A DNA stretch of 42,845 nucleotides from Octopus bimaculoides (taxonomy: Eukaryota). The notes under the pieces were generated by a model. It worked only from the letters and a program-made list of their open reading frames with translations, was not told the DNA's origin and did no database searches. A program made the position numbers and the translations under genes. Where the stretch lies: assembly GCF_001194135.2 (NCBI RefSeq), contig NC_068991.1, positions 50,511,112 to 50,553,956 of the forward strand, written 5' to 3'. This document shows, in pieces, positions 12,608-23,289 of this stretch; position 1 is the stretch's first letter; the number at the start of each line of letters is the position of its first letter.

Positions 12608-12955
12608 ATAAAACAAAGAGATGACATCAGAAAAACCAAATGCTATGTAATGAACTTCATTAGGTTACAGCTGTTTCAGCCATGTGTGGTGGACTCTTTA
12701 GTTTAATACCAGAATAACATCCTGTAGCTTCATCAGAGCCTTGAATATGAAGTGCACTTTATTTGAGAAAGTTACATTTTTTGAACATACAGTCATTATA
12801 AATGAAGGCTATGGAGAGTTCTATCCCAAGGTAGAAGCTACAGGATGTTATCCTAGTACTCAACTAAGAGTCCACCACATCTTATAGCAGAAACAGCACT
12901 AATGAAATTCATTACATAGCATTTGGTTTTTACAGTGTCATCTCTTTGTTTTCTA
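12608..12955. repeat. Long imperfect inverted repeat (arms about 125 bp), Penelope-like terminus
   Basis: About 12608-12732 is reverse-complementary to about 12833-12955 (aaaacaaagagatgaca..aaaaaccaaatgctatgtaatgaa..gtggtggactct..ataacatcctgtagcttc), roughly 80% identical by eye. Confidence 0.85.
12662..12742 (-). ncRNA. Hammerhead ribozyme-like motif (type I, GUA site, long stem II loop)
   Basis: Minus strand: aaggct CTGATGA agct [44 nt] ggct GAAA cagctg TA acct. All core nucleotides present; stem II is 4 bp, stem III is palindromic, stem I is imperfect. Confidence 0.5.
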
Positions 12956-13488
12956 TTACCACTCAATACTCATATAACATTGTGTTCTGGACCATACATA
13001 TATTGATCTCTACACCAGGTTATTTGTTTCACTATGCCTAAACAAAATATTAATATATATATATCAATGTACGTATATCATATATGTCTTATCTTCATCC
13101 GTCATTGTTGATGACGACCAAGGACATTACATAGAAGATGGGGAATAAGTGACCAGCTATGGCCGATGCATGCTCAGAAGGCTCTGTTGCAGTTTGGGCA
13201 CTGGTGGTCTGTTGGGACTGTAGACAAGGGGAAAGAAGAGACGATGTGTTTGGGTAGGATGTAGGAGCAGAGTAGAGAGATAGATAGATGTAGTACATGA
13301 GGTGAGACAATTTGGTAGTCTGGGGAGTAGGGATGGCCACAGTAATGAGGGTGTGAAAAACAATATTATATGGATGGAGAAATAGTTAATGAGGGAGATG
13401 GTTGTGGATAGCAAGAGAGAAACAGCGTCGAAATGAGAGTGGAGGAGAGCTGCAGTGGATATATGGTGTGTGTGTGTGTGTGTGTATA

Positions 13489-14387
13489 TAAGGGGGTACT
13501 CAAAAGTAACTGGAAACATTTTCTGTGGGACAAGCCTGTTGTAGTTCAGGCTTCCACCACTAGAAGCCATCAGTCTGTTGAACGGCATTGTCCACTGAGG
13601 TTATATTGCCACATGGTGCATCTTTGTTTTGCAGTGCTTCTCCTGTTTGTCGATCTTTACAGTGGCTGAAATGAAGGAACTGCATGCTTCCATGAAATTC
13701 TGTTTTCTGCTGAGGAAAATAGCAGCCAAAACAGTTTTCATGCTTCAACCAATTTACAAAGCTGCTGTCATGAGCAAAACAAGTTTATGAGTGGTTTCCA
13801 TGCTTTAGGGATGGTCACTTGTGACTTGAAGACTAACCTCATTCAGGGCAATTGCTGGCCTCCCAAACGGATGAAAACATCATGAAAATTCATGAACCAA
13901 TCTTAAAGGACCATCACTGAACAATTGACGAACTTGTTGATTTGACTGGTGTGTCAAATGTAATTCAATTGTGACTGCTTTTTGTTCTTCCATGAGCAAG
14001 TGAGGCATAAATTTTGCTGCAACTCTTTTCATTCGCGATTCCTCACTCAAAATTCATTGGCAGTCACAATTGAATGTGTGTCATGAATGGAAAGAACAGC
14101 TGGAAGTTGATCCAGACCTTTTTTTCGATGGTCACCACTGGTGACGAAAGCTGGTGCTATGGAATTTGCAGATGTGGAAGCAGTGAAGAAAAAACAAAAA
14201 ACCATGGAGGAGTTAAAAGGCATCACTTTGCAAGAGACCCAGGACTGCTTTGAACAGTGGAAAATGAGTCTGGACTGATGCATGCTTCAAATGGCGAATA
14301 CTTTGAAGGTGATAAAAGTATAAACATGCAAAACTAAGTGAATAAAATAATATTGTAAAATTCCAGTTTCTTTTAGGTACCCCCTTG
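13489..14387 (+). mobile_element. Mariner (Tc1/mariner) transposon, internally deleted, dead
   Basis: TIRs taagggggtactcaaaagtaactggaa and (reverse complement) caagggggtacctaaaagaaactggaa, with TA on both flanks. Transposase relics: SMKFCFLLRK, LNVCHEWKEQLEVDPD, TTGDESWCY, NGEYFEGD. Confidence 0.88.
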
Positions 14388-14423
<36 letters not shown>

Positions 14424-14430
14424 TTAAAAA

Positions 14431-14588
14431 CATAATAAACACAGAAATGGGAAACAGACACAAAAGGTCACCAAATCATCAGCTATCGGCCAGAGGGACA
14501 AATGTAATTTCGTGCCCTTTGGCCAATAACTGATGAGGATTTGGTGACCTTCTGTGTCTATTTCCCGTTTGTTTGTGCATTTATTATG
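14431..14588. repeat. Imperfect fold-back (arms about 65-75 bp, loop about 16 nt)
   Basis: cataataaa..aaatgggaaacagacacaaaaggtcaccaaatcatcagctatcggccagaggg pairs with ccctttggccaataactgatgaggatttggtgaccttctgtgtctatttcccgttt..ttattatg. Confidence 0.85.
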
Positions 14589-14769
14589 TGTGTTTAACTT
14601 ACTTTATGGAACACTCATACAGTTTTTATTTTTGTTTACAAATGATTATATATACACACATACATACACACACACAAAAGTGTGTATATAATGCATATAT
14701 ATGTGTATACACACATATGCATGTCAGCTTCACTACAATGGGCAGGTTTTGATGAGAACTTTGTATTGC

Positions 14770-15650
14770 AAGGTCAACAAAGTCCAAGAATAATAGTTTA
14801 CTCTTAGCTAAGTATTTCTCTTGTGGTTGTACATCCAGGAATACTGCATCCATGGTACCTATTCCAGACACAAAACCAAACTGCATCTCATCTAGATCTA
14901 TTCTGTCATGAATCAGTTGTACCATGACTCTCTCTCTCTCTATGAACTTGATACAGTAATTTAATTCCTCTGTAACTGCTTCTAAGACATCACCTTTGCT
15001 TTTGAAGCAGTTTATAATGATAGTGTTATGCCAGTCATTGGGTATGACACCCTCTTGTATGATTTGATCTTGTATCTGGGTGGTAAACTCGTACCTGACC
15101 TCACCAAATATTTTCAGCTTCTCTGCAACTAGAAGGACCTGCAGTTTCCCCAATCTTCATCTCCTTGATCATCTTTATGTTGCTGTCAAATTGAATTGCT
15201 GGTCCCTCTGTACAAAGTACAGCACAAAATAGACCTACTTCATACCATGCATTCCGTACAATCCACAGCCCCTCATAACATTTCCATGTCACTCTCTTAT
15301 TGTCCATATATCAGTTGCAAGTATAACTTCATCATTCTGAATATATTTCTCACCAATGATATCTCACTTCTCTTCCACACTGTTTCACAATCCTAAACAC
15401 TTCACGCCTCTTATCCCCATGTTGCAAGACATGTACAAATCTCTTCTCTGTTTCACTCTTGGCCAAATACACCAGTTGTCAAGCTGCTCTTTTAGCCACT
15501 TGGTAATGCTCCCTATCCTCTTTCCTCCAGATTTTCCATGCCAGTTTCTTAGCCTTTGTAGCCCTATCAAGAGCATTGTTCCACCAGCATGTAACTTTTG
15601 GCTTGGTTGGGATTTGCTCCAGCCATATGTCTGTTCAGGGTCCTAAGCAA
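14770..15650 (-). mobile_element. RTE-clade LINE fragment (linker and RT N-terminus)
   Basis: MIKEMKIGETAGPS; QIIQEGVIPNDWHNTIIINCFKSKGD; RIDLDEMQFGFVSGIGTMDAVF; QEKYLAKSKLLFLDFVDL. These are typical RTE RT subdomain 0-3 motifs, here with frameshifts. Confidence 0.88.
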
Positions 15651-16243
15651 ATTATTTCATACAAATTTCAAGTTTCCAACTGTGTTACAGAAATCTAAAT
15701 CTCTTCCTAATTGTGGGATCTTTTCATTTCCATTGACACCCCCAACCACCACCACCACCACCACACGTGTGCATGTTTATATAAGTTAAACATTTACATA
15801 TATACAGCACAAATAAAATACAGAAAACATATTTGATATCAAATGCTTTATGAATATACACACATTTCTCCAATTCAACTGACAAGCTTACACAACTAAG
15901 CTTATTAATTCACAGAACCAGTTTTTTGGCAAAACACTAATTTATTATTATGCAAATTATCAACATCAGTGGAGAGGCAAAAGAGAGGGCAACAGTAGTA
16001 GGATGTAACAAACAGAAGATAGAAAGGCCAAAGCCACACCCTTTTATATTCATATGGTTTTATACACACACACACACACACATACATGCTTGTACACAAC
16101 CATTCCTGTATATACACAACAAAGAGAGAAGGGAAAGAGATGACCACATAGTTGTTTAGACTCCATGATGAGGGAAACATCATCAACAAAAATAAACATC
16201 ATTATTTAATTAATGTCTGTTTTCCATGCAGGCATGGGTTGGA

Positions 16244-16453
16244 CTAGAGGCACAAGGCCTGAACTTCTGTGGGTGAGGAAGTTAGTTGATTACATTGACT
16301 CCAGTGTTCGTCTGGTATTTATATCATTGACCCCTAAAGGACGAAAGGCAAAATCAACCTCAATGAAATTTGAACTCAGAACACAAAGACTGGCGAAATG
16401 CCACTAAGCATTTTGTCCAGCATGCTAACGATTCTACAACTTACCACCTTGAC

Positions 16454-16489
<36 letters not shown>

Positions 16490-16888
16490 CCTTTCTACTA
16501 AAGACACAAGACCTGAAATTTAGTGGGAGTGAACTAGTTGATTATATCAACCCCAGTGTTTCACTGGTACTTAATTTATTGACTCCAAAAGGATGACAGG
16601 CAAAGTCAAGCTTGGCAGAATTTGAACTCAGAACATGAAGACGGATGAAATGCTACTAAGCATTTTGCCTGGTGTGCTAATGATTCTGCCAGCTCGCCAA
16701 CTTGACAGTAATAATAATGGTTTCAAATTTAGCCACAAGGGCAGTAATTTTGGGGGAGGAAATGAGTCATTAACATCAACCTCAGTGTTCAACTGGTATT
16801 TATTTTATCAACCCCAAAGGAATTTGAACTCAGAACATACCACTAAGCATTTAGTCCAGCACTAATGATTCTGCCAGCTTGCTGCCTT
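16244..16888 (-). mobile_element. Three head-to-tail SINE family B copies separated by (AAT)n
   Basis: Repeated unit cacaagg..gaaattt..gttgattac/t..cccc..ggatgaaaggcaaagtc..atttgaactcagaac..ctaagcatttt at about 16244-16450, 16490-16702 and 16720-16888; (AAT)n at 16454-16488. Confidence 0.82.
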
Positions 16889-17095
16889 AATAATAATAAA
16901 GTACAGTATGGTCATTCTTCTCAAAGAATGAGTAGTGTGAATGTGCTCTCTCCTACCTCATGTGTGAAACCTATAGGTACAATGAATCTATGAATACTAA
17001 AATACAGTAGAAAGATCAATATACTCACTCTATAGACAAATGCCTATTCGCTCTGACTCGTGGATTCAGACTATATATATATAGTTTAAATTTAC

Positions 17096-17225
17096 AGAAA
17101 ACAAAAGACGAAGACAGGAGAGGGTACAACAAGCAGGTGTATTAGTTTAACACTCGGGAAGAATGGAAATGGCTTTGATGTTTCAAGCATAAGCTTTTCG
17201 ACAGAAAGGATTGAGAGGGGGGGGG
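17096..17225 (-). mobile_element. Penelope-like terminal repeat fragment carrying a variant hammerhead motif
   Basis: Shares gttt.ga...tcggg.a.aatg..aa..ctttgatgtttcaagc..agct.ttc.acagaaagga with 40630-40700. Confidence 0.55.
17173..17208 (-). ncRNA. Variant minimal hammerhead motif (CUGUCGA core)
   Basis: Minus strand: cttt CTGTCGA a aagc ttat gctt GAAA ca TC aaag. Stem I 4 bp, stem II 4 bp, stem III minimal (CA, probably from CG decay). Confidence 0.4.
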
Positions 17226-17228
17226 GAA

Positions 17229-17282
<54 letters not shown>

Positions 17283-17632
17283 TGCTGCAGTGTTATGAAG
17301 TAAACAAACGTTTCCATCAGTTCAAGTATATTTGGGACATATTTGACCTGTAAAAAGACTACTTTCATTGCAGTCTGCCACAGAGAAAAGTTTTCACTTA
17401 AGGCAAAAATCATTTCACAATGCCCTTTATCAACTAATATAATGTAGTATTTCAAGCATTTTATGCTCTCATCTATAACAGTAACCAAGTGATACAACTA
17501 TGAAATGACAGAAAGCCTTTGCTTTCTTATAAAAAAAAAAAATGTAGAAATTATCAACTGACAGCAGCAAGCAGAAGCTGAACACTTACAATACAATGGT
17601 TACCAAGTAATAAATTGATTTCTAACATTGGT

Positions 17633-17682
17633 ACGAAGACTATTGTAAACGAGTGGGACGAAGACTATTGTAAACGAGTGGG
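17633..17682. repeat. Perfect 25 bp tandem duplication
   Basis: acgaagactattgtaaacgagtggg occurs twice in a row. Confidence 0.95.
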
Positions 17683-18156
17683 TAGGATGAGTAACTGACT
17701 TAATATTTTCCAGTAGATGACTGGGAAATATTTCACTAGTTAGACTAACAGTTGAGCAGGTTGGAATATAAAGAAATATACAGCATTTTCTCAGCTGTTC
17801 TCACCAGACTATTTATATCAAACAATCTAATGTCTAATTTATATTAACTGATAAAAAGGTTAGTGTTGCTATTTAAAGACATCACATTACTTTGAAGGTT
17901 GCTACAAATATATTTTTCATTACTCCAGCTGGAAAAACGCTCATTATATTCAAGGTTTGACTCAGCTAAAATTACAGATGTCAACACAGCATCACAATAT
18001 CAAAATGATTTAATCAACAATATATTCAGTTCAAAATAAAAGAAATAGAATTTCAATCCTGATGGTGTAAATGTTCTTACTCGAGCTCAATGTATCTGTA
18101 TTGTACCAATAGGAGGTGGTCAGTTTAAGTTTGACTTATTTATAAATGATATAGCT

Positions 18157-18470
18157 GCAGGAGTGGCTGTGTAGTTAGAAGTTTGCTTCCCAGTCACAAG
18201 GTTCCAGGTTCAGTCCCACTGGCAAATGTCTTTTACTATAGCCCCAGGTATATCAAAGCCTTGCAAGAAGATTTAATAAACAGAAACTGAAAGGAACCCT
18301 TTGTGCACATACACACACCTGACGGGTTTCTTTCAGTTTACTTTTACCTAATTCACTCACAAGGTTTCGGTTGGCTCATAGCTATAGTAAATTACACTTG
18401 CCTCCCAGTGGGATCAAATCCAGAACCTTGTGGTTGAGAAGCCAACTTCTTGCCATACATTCACATCTGC
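18157..18470. mobile_element. Inverted pair of SINE family A 5' halves (plus 18157-18300, minus 18318-18470)
   Basis: caggagtggctgtgtag...agaaactgaaagg, followed by tttctttcagttt...cactcacaaggttt...ccagtgggatc...accttgtggttgagaagc. Confidence 0.75.
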
Positions 18471-18519
18471 ACAAGAGAGAGAAAGAGAGAGAGTCTCTCT
18501 CTCTCTCTCTTTCTCTTTC

Positions 18520-18724
18520 TTTCTACATCAGATGGCAGTTGTGAATGAGTCAGTGTCATACAAGCACTCATTTCTAATACTGGCCATGGAGGAATATTAC
18601 CTTGCTTGGAAACAGGTGAGGATTAGTGACAGGAAGGGCATTCGGCCATAGAAAATCTGCCACAAATAAGCAGTTTGACCCATGCAAACATTTGAAGAGA
18701 GGACATTAAATGATGACTATGATA
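18520..18724 (+). mobile_element. Short element with RTE-type 3' tail
   Basis: aggaagggcattcggccatagaaaatctgcc...gacccatgc...gacattaaatgatga tail, like the RTE 3' ends. Confidence 0.55.
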
Positions 18725-19420
18725 TGGAGTTAAATTTTGCACAAAAGAAGCCTTTCTAACACAAAGCTTTAAAGACCAGAGTCTACAAATGATCTCAATT
18801 CATCTTGACATTTAAGCCGGACTGATTCTGTTTAAAGGTTCTGTAAAAGCTGCTGCATAAACAGACAATTCCTCCTGAAATTCATCCATTACTAAGACAT
18901 TCTCCAGTATATAAGACAGTCCAAGAACTCCCTAAATCTATAGAGACTAATTTCTGATAATATATAAAAAAATTTGGGACTTTCAAAACACAGAATAGTG
19001 GAAAACAATATATTATTATGCAACCATCAGCATGAATGAAAATATAGAAATGGTTACAAAAACATTGAAATATAGACATTATAAAAAGAAAATGAGATAA
19101 TTATAGAAGAGAATTATAAAATTTAAAAAAAAAAAGGAATTAAAAACCAAAAGAATCCAGAGAGTAAAAGTTCATAGTGATTCCTCATAGATAGATACAA
19201 ACTGAGGAAGTTCAAACAGTATTGTTGTTGATGAGATAGAAGTGAAATTAAGAAGAGTTGGTTCAATCAGGATAAGCAAGTAAAATCCTGGGAATCAATA
19301 GTCAGAAACCTTGCAAATGAAGGAGTAAAAAAAGTGTAGGTAATGAATTCTTTACAGCCGTTTCTGGGGTAAGGTGTTCATTAAAGGCAGTTATGTGCAT
19401 CATTATATATATATATATAT

Positions 19421-19523
19421 NNNNNNNNNNNNNNNNNNNNNNNNNNNNNNNNNNNNNNNNNNNNNNNNNNNNNNNNNNNNNNNNNNNNNNNNNNNNNNNN
19501 NNNNNNNNNNNNNNNNNNNNNNN
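19421..19523. other. Assembly gap (103 N) flanked by (TA)n
   Basis: N run. Other gaps: 20923-21778, 23753-23762, 41045-41332, 42065-42074. The ORFs spanning these gaps are artefacts. Confidence 1.
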
Positions 19524-19573
19524 TATATATTTGTTTTGCAAGATTTTTGATGTGAAATCGTGTGTTGAAACAG

Positions 19574-19651
19574 ATGTTGTTGTACTTGGAGATGGTCATA
19601 TTGCCAGTTTGGCTAAACTGGCAATATGACCATCCCCAAGTACAACAACAT
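19574..19651. repeat. Near-perfect hairpin (37 bp stem, 4 nt loop)
   Basis: atgttgttgtacttggagatggtcatattgccagttt GGCT aaactggcaatatgaccatccccaagtacaacaacat; 36 of 37 paired. Confidence 0.95.
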
Positions 19652-19672
19652 ATATATATATATATATATACT

Positions 19673-19708
19673 AGCTTAAAAGCTGCCCTATCAGGCAGCT
19701 TTTAAGCT
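19673..19708. repeat. Perfect 15 bp hairpin; possible Helitron-type terminus
   Basis: agcttaaaagctgcc CTATCA ggcagcttttaagct. On the minus strand it ends ggcagc-ttttaag-CTAG-T and runs into (TA)n. Confidence 0.6.
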
Positions 19709-20254
19709 GGCTTCAATGGACGGCTCTTCATTGGACCTTAGGTCCAACAATGATACTTCAAGCATTGAGTACATATTAAATTTTATTCAACTTGACCAAC
19801 ATTTTTCAATCAATGAACAATTTTCATCAAAACAATGATATAATTTGTCGACTTGGAACTTATTGCAAAGCTGCATGATAAACAACATTTTTTGTCTTCC
19901 TATTCAGGGGTCAGTACAATGTTTTCTCTCTGTCTAACCTTTCTTTCTCTCTCTTTCTGCTGATTGTTTTCAACCATCACCACAACTGCCATACACACAC
20001 CATTCAGACTTCTGACACCACCACCATCAATACCTTTGATTTCACCGCCTACCCCTCCACCACCATCACAACTACAGCTAAATACTATTACTATCACCCC
20101 ATTACCATCACAACCGTTAATCTACTACTGCCCACACCATCTCTGTGCTTACTATTACTCTGACCCCAGCAGGAAGAATAGTAGAAGTGTCATTGAATAG
20201 TGAGGGGAGGGGGGCAAAGTGTGACACACTGAAACAGAGATTCGTTTTGGCTTA

Positions 20255-20308
<54 letters not shown>

Positions 20309-20863
20309 ATACAGAAGATATTTTGGTGCGAGTTACATAACTCAGCAGAGATGTAAGTTATGCAAACAATTTTGCTCATCATCAGAAGACAAATTCAGGT
20401 AGTGAGATCATATAATATATTTATACTTACATTGCCTAGAACCAAGTCATATTTACACAGATCCTGTGTCCTTTCACTCATAATCAGATTTTAGGCACTT
20501 GGTCTGATTTGAGCATTTATTTTGTGTACCTATGATATTATTATATGTCTTGGCATTTTCTTATGAAATATGAATACATACATATTCATATTTTCAAATT
20601 TTGTGATTGAAGCAGCTTAAGAATGTAAATAATACCAATACCACAACTTTATATGTGTGTTAGTAAATGGTACAAAGCTGTGATATTTTGTCTTTCTTGT
20701 GCAACAGAGACACAGGCACACCAGACTTCTATCAGTATATGACTACCAAATTTTCACACAAAATAGTAGTCGGTCCAAAGCTACAAGAGGTTATCTAAGA
20801 TGCCATGCAGCGAGACAAGACATGAAGCCACGTGGTTGAGAAGTGACACACCCGTATCTGCAT

Positions 20864-20922
<59 letters not shown>

Positions 20923-21778
20923 NNNNNNNNNNNNNNNNNNNNNNNNNNNNNNNNNNNNNNNNNNNNNNNNNNNNNNNNNNNNNNNNNNNNNNNNNNNNNN
21001 NNNNNNNNNNNNNNNNNNNNNNNNNNNNNNNNNNNNNNNNNNNNNNNNNNNNNNNNNNNNNNNNNNNNNNNNNNNNNNNNNNNNNNNNNNNNNNNNNNNN
21101 NNNNNNNNNNNNNNNNNNNNNNNNNNNNNNNNNNNNNNNNNNNNNNNNNNNNNNNNNNNNNNNNNNNNNNNNNNNNNNNNNNNNNNNNNNNNNNNNNNNN
21201 NNNNNNNNNNNNNNNNNNNNNNNNNNNNNNNNNNNNNNNNNNNNNNNNNNNNNNNNNNNNNNNNNNNNNNNNNNNNNNNNNNNNNNNNNNNNNNNNNNNN
21301 NNNNNNNNNNNNNNNNNNNNNNNNNNNNNNNNNNNNNNNNNNNNNNNNNNNNNNNNNNNNNNNNNNNNNNNNNNNNNNNNNNNNNNNNNNNNNNNNNNNN
21401 NNNNNNNNNNNNNNNNNNNNNNNNNNNNNNNNNNNNNNNNNNNNNNNNNNNNNNNNNNNNNNNNNNNNNNNNNNNNNNNNNNNNNNNNNNNNNNNNNNNN
21501 NNNNNNNNNNNNNNNNNNNNNNNNNNNNNNNNNNNNNNNNNNNNNNNNNNNNNNNNNNNNNNNNNNNNNNNNNNNNNNNNNNNNNNNNNNNNNNNNNNNN
21601 NNNNNNNNNNNNNNNNNNNNNNNNNNNNNNNNNNNNNNNNNNNNNNNNNNNNNNNNNNNNNNNNNNNNNNNNNNNNNNNNNNNNNNNNNNNNNNNNNNNN
21701 NNNNNNNNNNNNNNNNNNNNNNNNNNNNNNNNNNNNNNNNNNNNNNNNNNNNNNNNNNNNNNNNNNNNNNNNNNNNNC
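20923..21778. other. Assembly gap (856 N)
   Basis: N run after (TA)n. The 327 aa and 323 aa ORFs here are artefacts. Confidence 1.
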
Positions 21779-21982
21779 TTTAATACTTCTGTTTTATGTT
21801 CTAAATCAAATTAGAGCAAAGTGTTTAATAAATCCAATAAAATTTCTTTAAACGTTGTTTTTTCAAAACAGACCATTAACCATTCTCACCCTTATTTAAA
21901 AAGCAGATGGTGTCTAGCTTTTGTGGGTTCTTTAATGCTGTTATTTCACTATCAATATATGGGATTTCATTTACCTTTAAGA

Positions 21983-22039
<57 letters not shown>

Positions 22040-22847
22040 TATAGAGAAAGAGGGGGAGGGGGAGAGATATGGATGGATTAGTTATAAGATTTATTAGATT
22101 CAATGCACAACAACACATAGGATGCCAAAAATGGCTAGGTGCAATAAGGCACAATAACATAGGGTTCACAGTGAGGTAAAACAATCAGGAAGGTATCTTG
22201 TGTTGCTAGGATATTGCAGATATGTAAAAGTACCAAATCCAATTTAAACTGTAGATCAGACTAAAGGCTCGATCTACAGGCAGTATAGGTATAATAAAAA
22301 AAGGACACATGTGGGGTTTAAAATTCAGGGTGGCTGTTTTGGTAGAATTTGAGGTATTCATAGATTACATTTCAGCATATAATGCACCGTATTCAGGTAA
22401 AATTTTAAATGGGTATAAACAGATGTGATAAAAGCTTGGTGATGAATCCAACAAATATTGGATAAGTGGTAGTTTAACAAATAACAAATTTCTAGAAAAA
22501 TTAGGAGTTGTTATAACAGGCATGTGAGAAACAAAAAGATCAAACTCTGTTGTTTCGTAATAGTTATCTTAATTAGTTTATAGCCAAACTACCTGTGAGT
22601 ACGTGCAAGAATCACAAACAAGCTGTAACCAAGATACGTCCTTACGGTCTTTATAACCAAGAAGATATCTTGTTAGCTGTTGTAAATTTCAAAACCCCGT
22701 TTGTGTTCTTATACCTATATATGTATATTTAATGAGGACTTAATTTATTTGCCTGGACTTTATTTGCCTGAACTTAGATAGATAAGGACATAAATACTTG
22801 TAAAGCATTATTTAATCCTTTGTTTTATTATTGCAGCTTACCAGCAT

Positions 22848-23081
22848 ACTCATCATCATCATCGTTTAACGTCCGCTTTCCATCCTAGCATGGGTTGGAC
22901 GATTTGACTGAGGACTGGTGAACCGGATGGCTACACCAGGCTCCAATCTGATTTGGCAGAGTTTCTACAGCTGGATGCCCTTCCTAACGCCAACCACTCC
23001 GAGAGTGTAGTGGGTGCTTTTACGTGCCACCGGCACGAAGGCCAGTCAGGCGGTACTGGCAACGGCCACGCTCAAAATGGT
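22848..23081 (-). mobile_element. RTE 3' UTR fragment, young (CpG retained)
   Basis: (CAT)n, then cgtttaacgtccgctttccat...ctacagctggatgcccttcctaacgccaacc; nearly identical to 31325-31500. Confidence 0.85.
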
Positions 23082-23091
23082 GAGCAACACG

Positions 23092-23272
23092 GACTTCAAA
23101 TTTTGGTATAAGACCAGCAATATTAGGTGGGAGTGGTGGGGAAAGTTGATTACATTAACCTTAGAGTCCAACTGGTATTTTATTTTATTGAGCCTGAAAG
23201 GATAAAAATCAAAATCAACCTTCGGAGAATTTGAAGTTAGAACATAAAGAGCCAGAAAAAATGCAGCTAAGT
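23092..23272 (-). mobile_element. SINE family B, old copy
   Basis: gttgattac..aactggtattt..ctgaaaggataaaaatcaaaatcaaccttcggagaatttgaag. Confidence 0.6.
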
Positions 23273-23289
23273 AAGATTGCAGCCATGCG

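Noticed and set aside
20800-21814. Longest ORFs in the track (327 and 323 aa), and those at 40928-41431
   Set aside because: Made of N-gap and (TA)n translation.
22070-22790. Unassigned non-repetitive-looking stretch with a 9 bp hairpin (ctgtagatc/gatctacag) and a 15 bp tandem repeat
   Set aside because: No sustained ORF, splice signals or family match that I can recognise.
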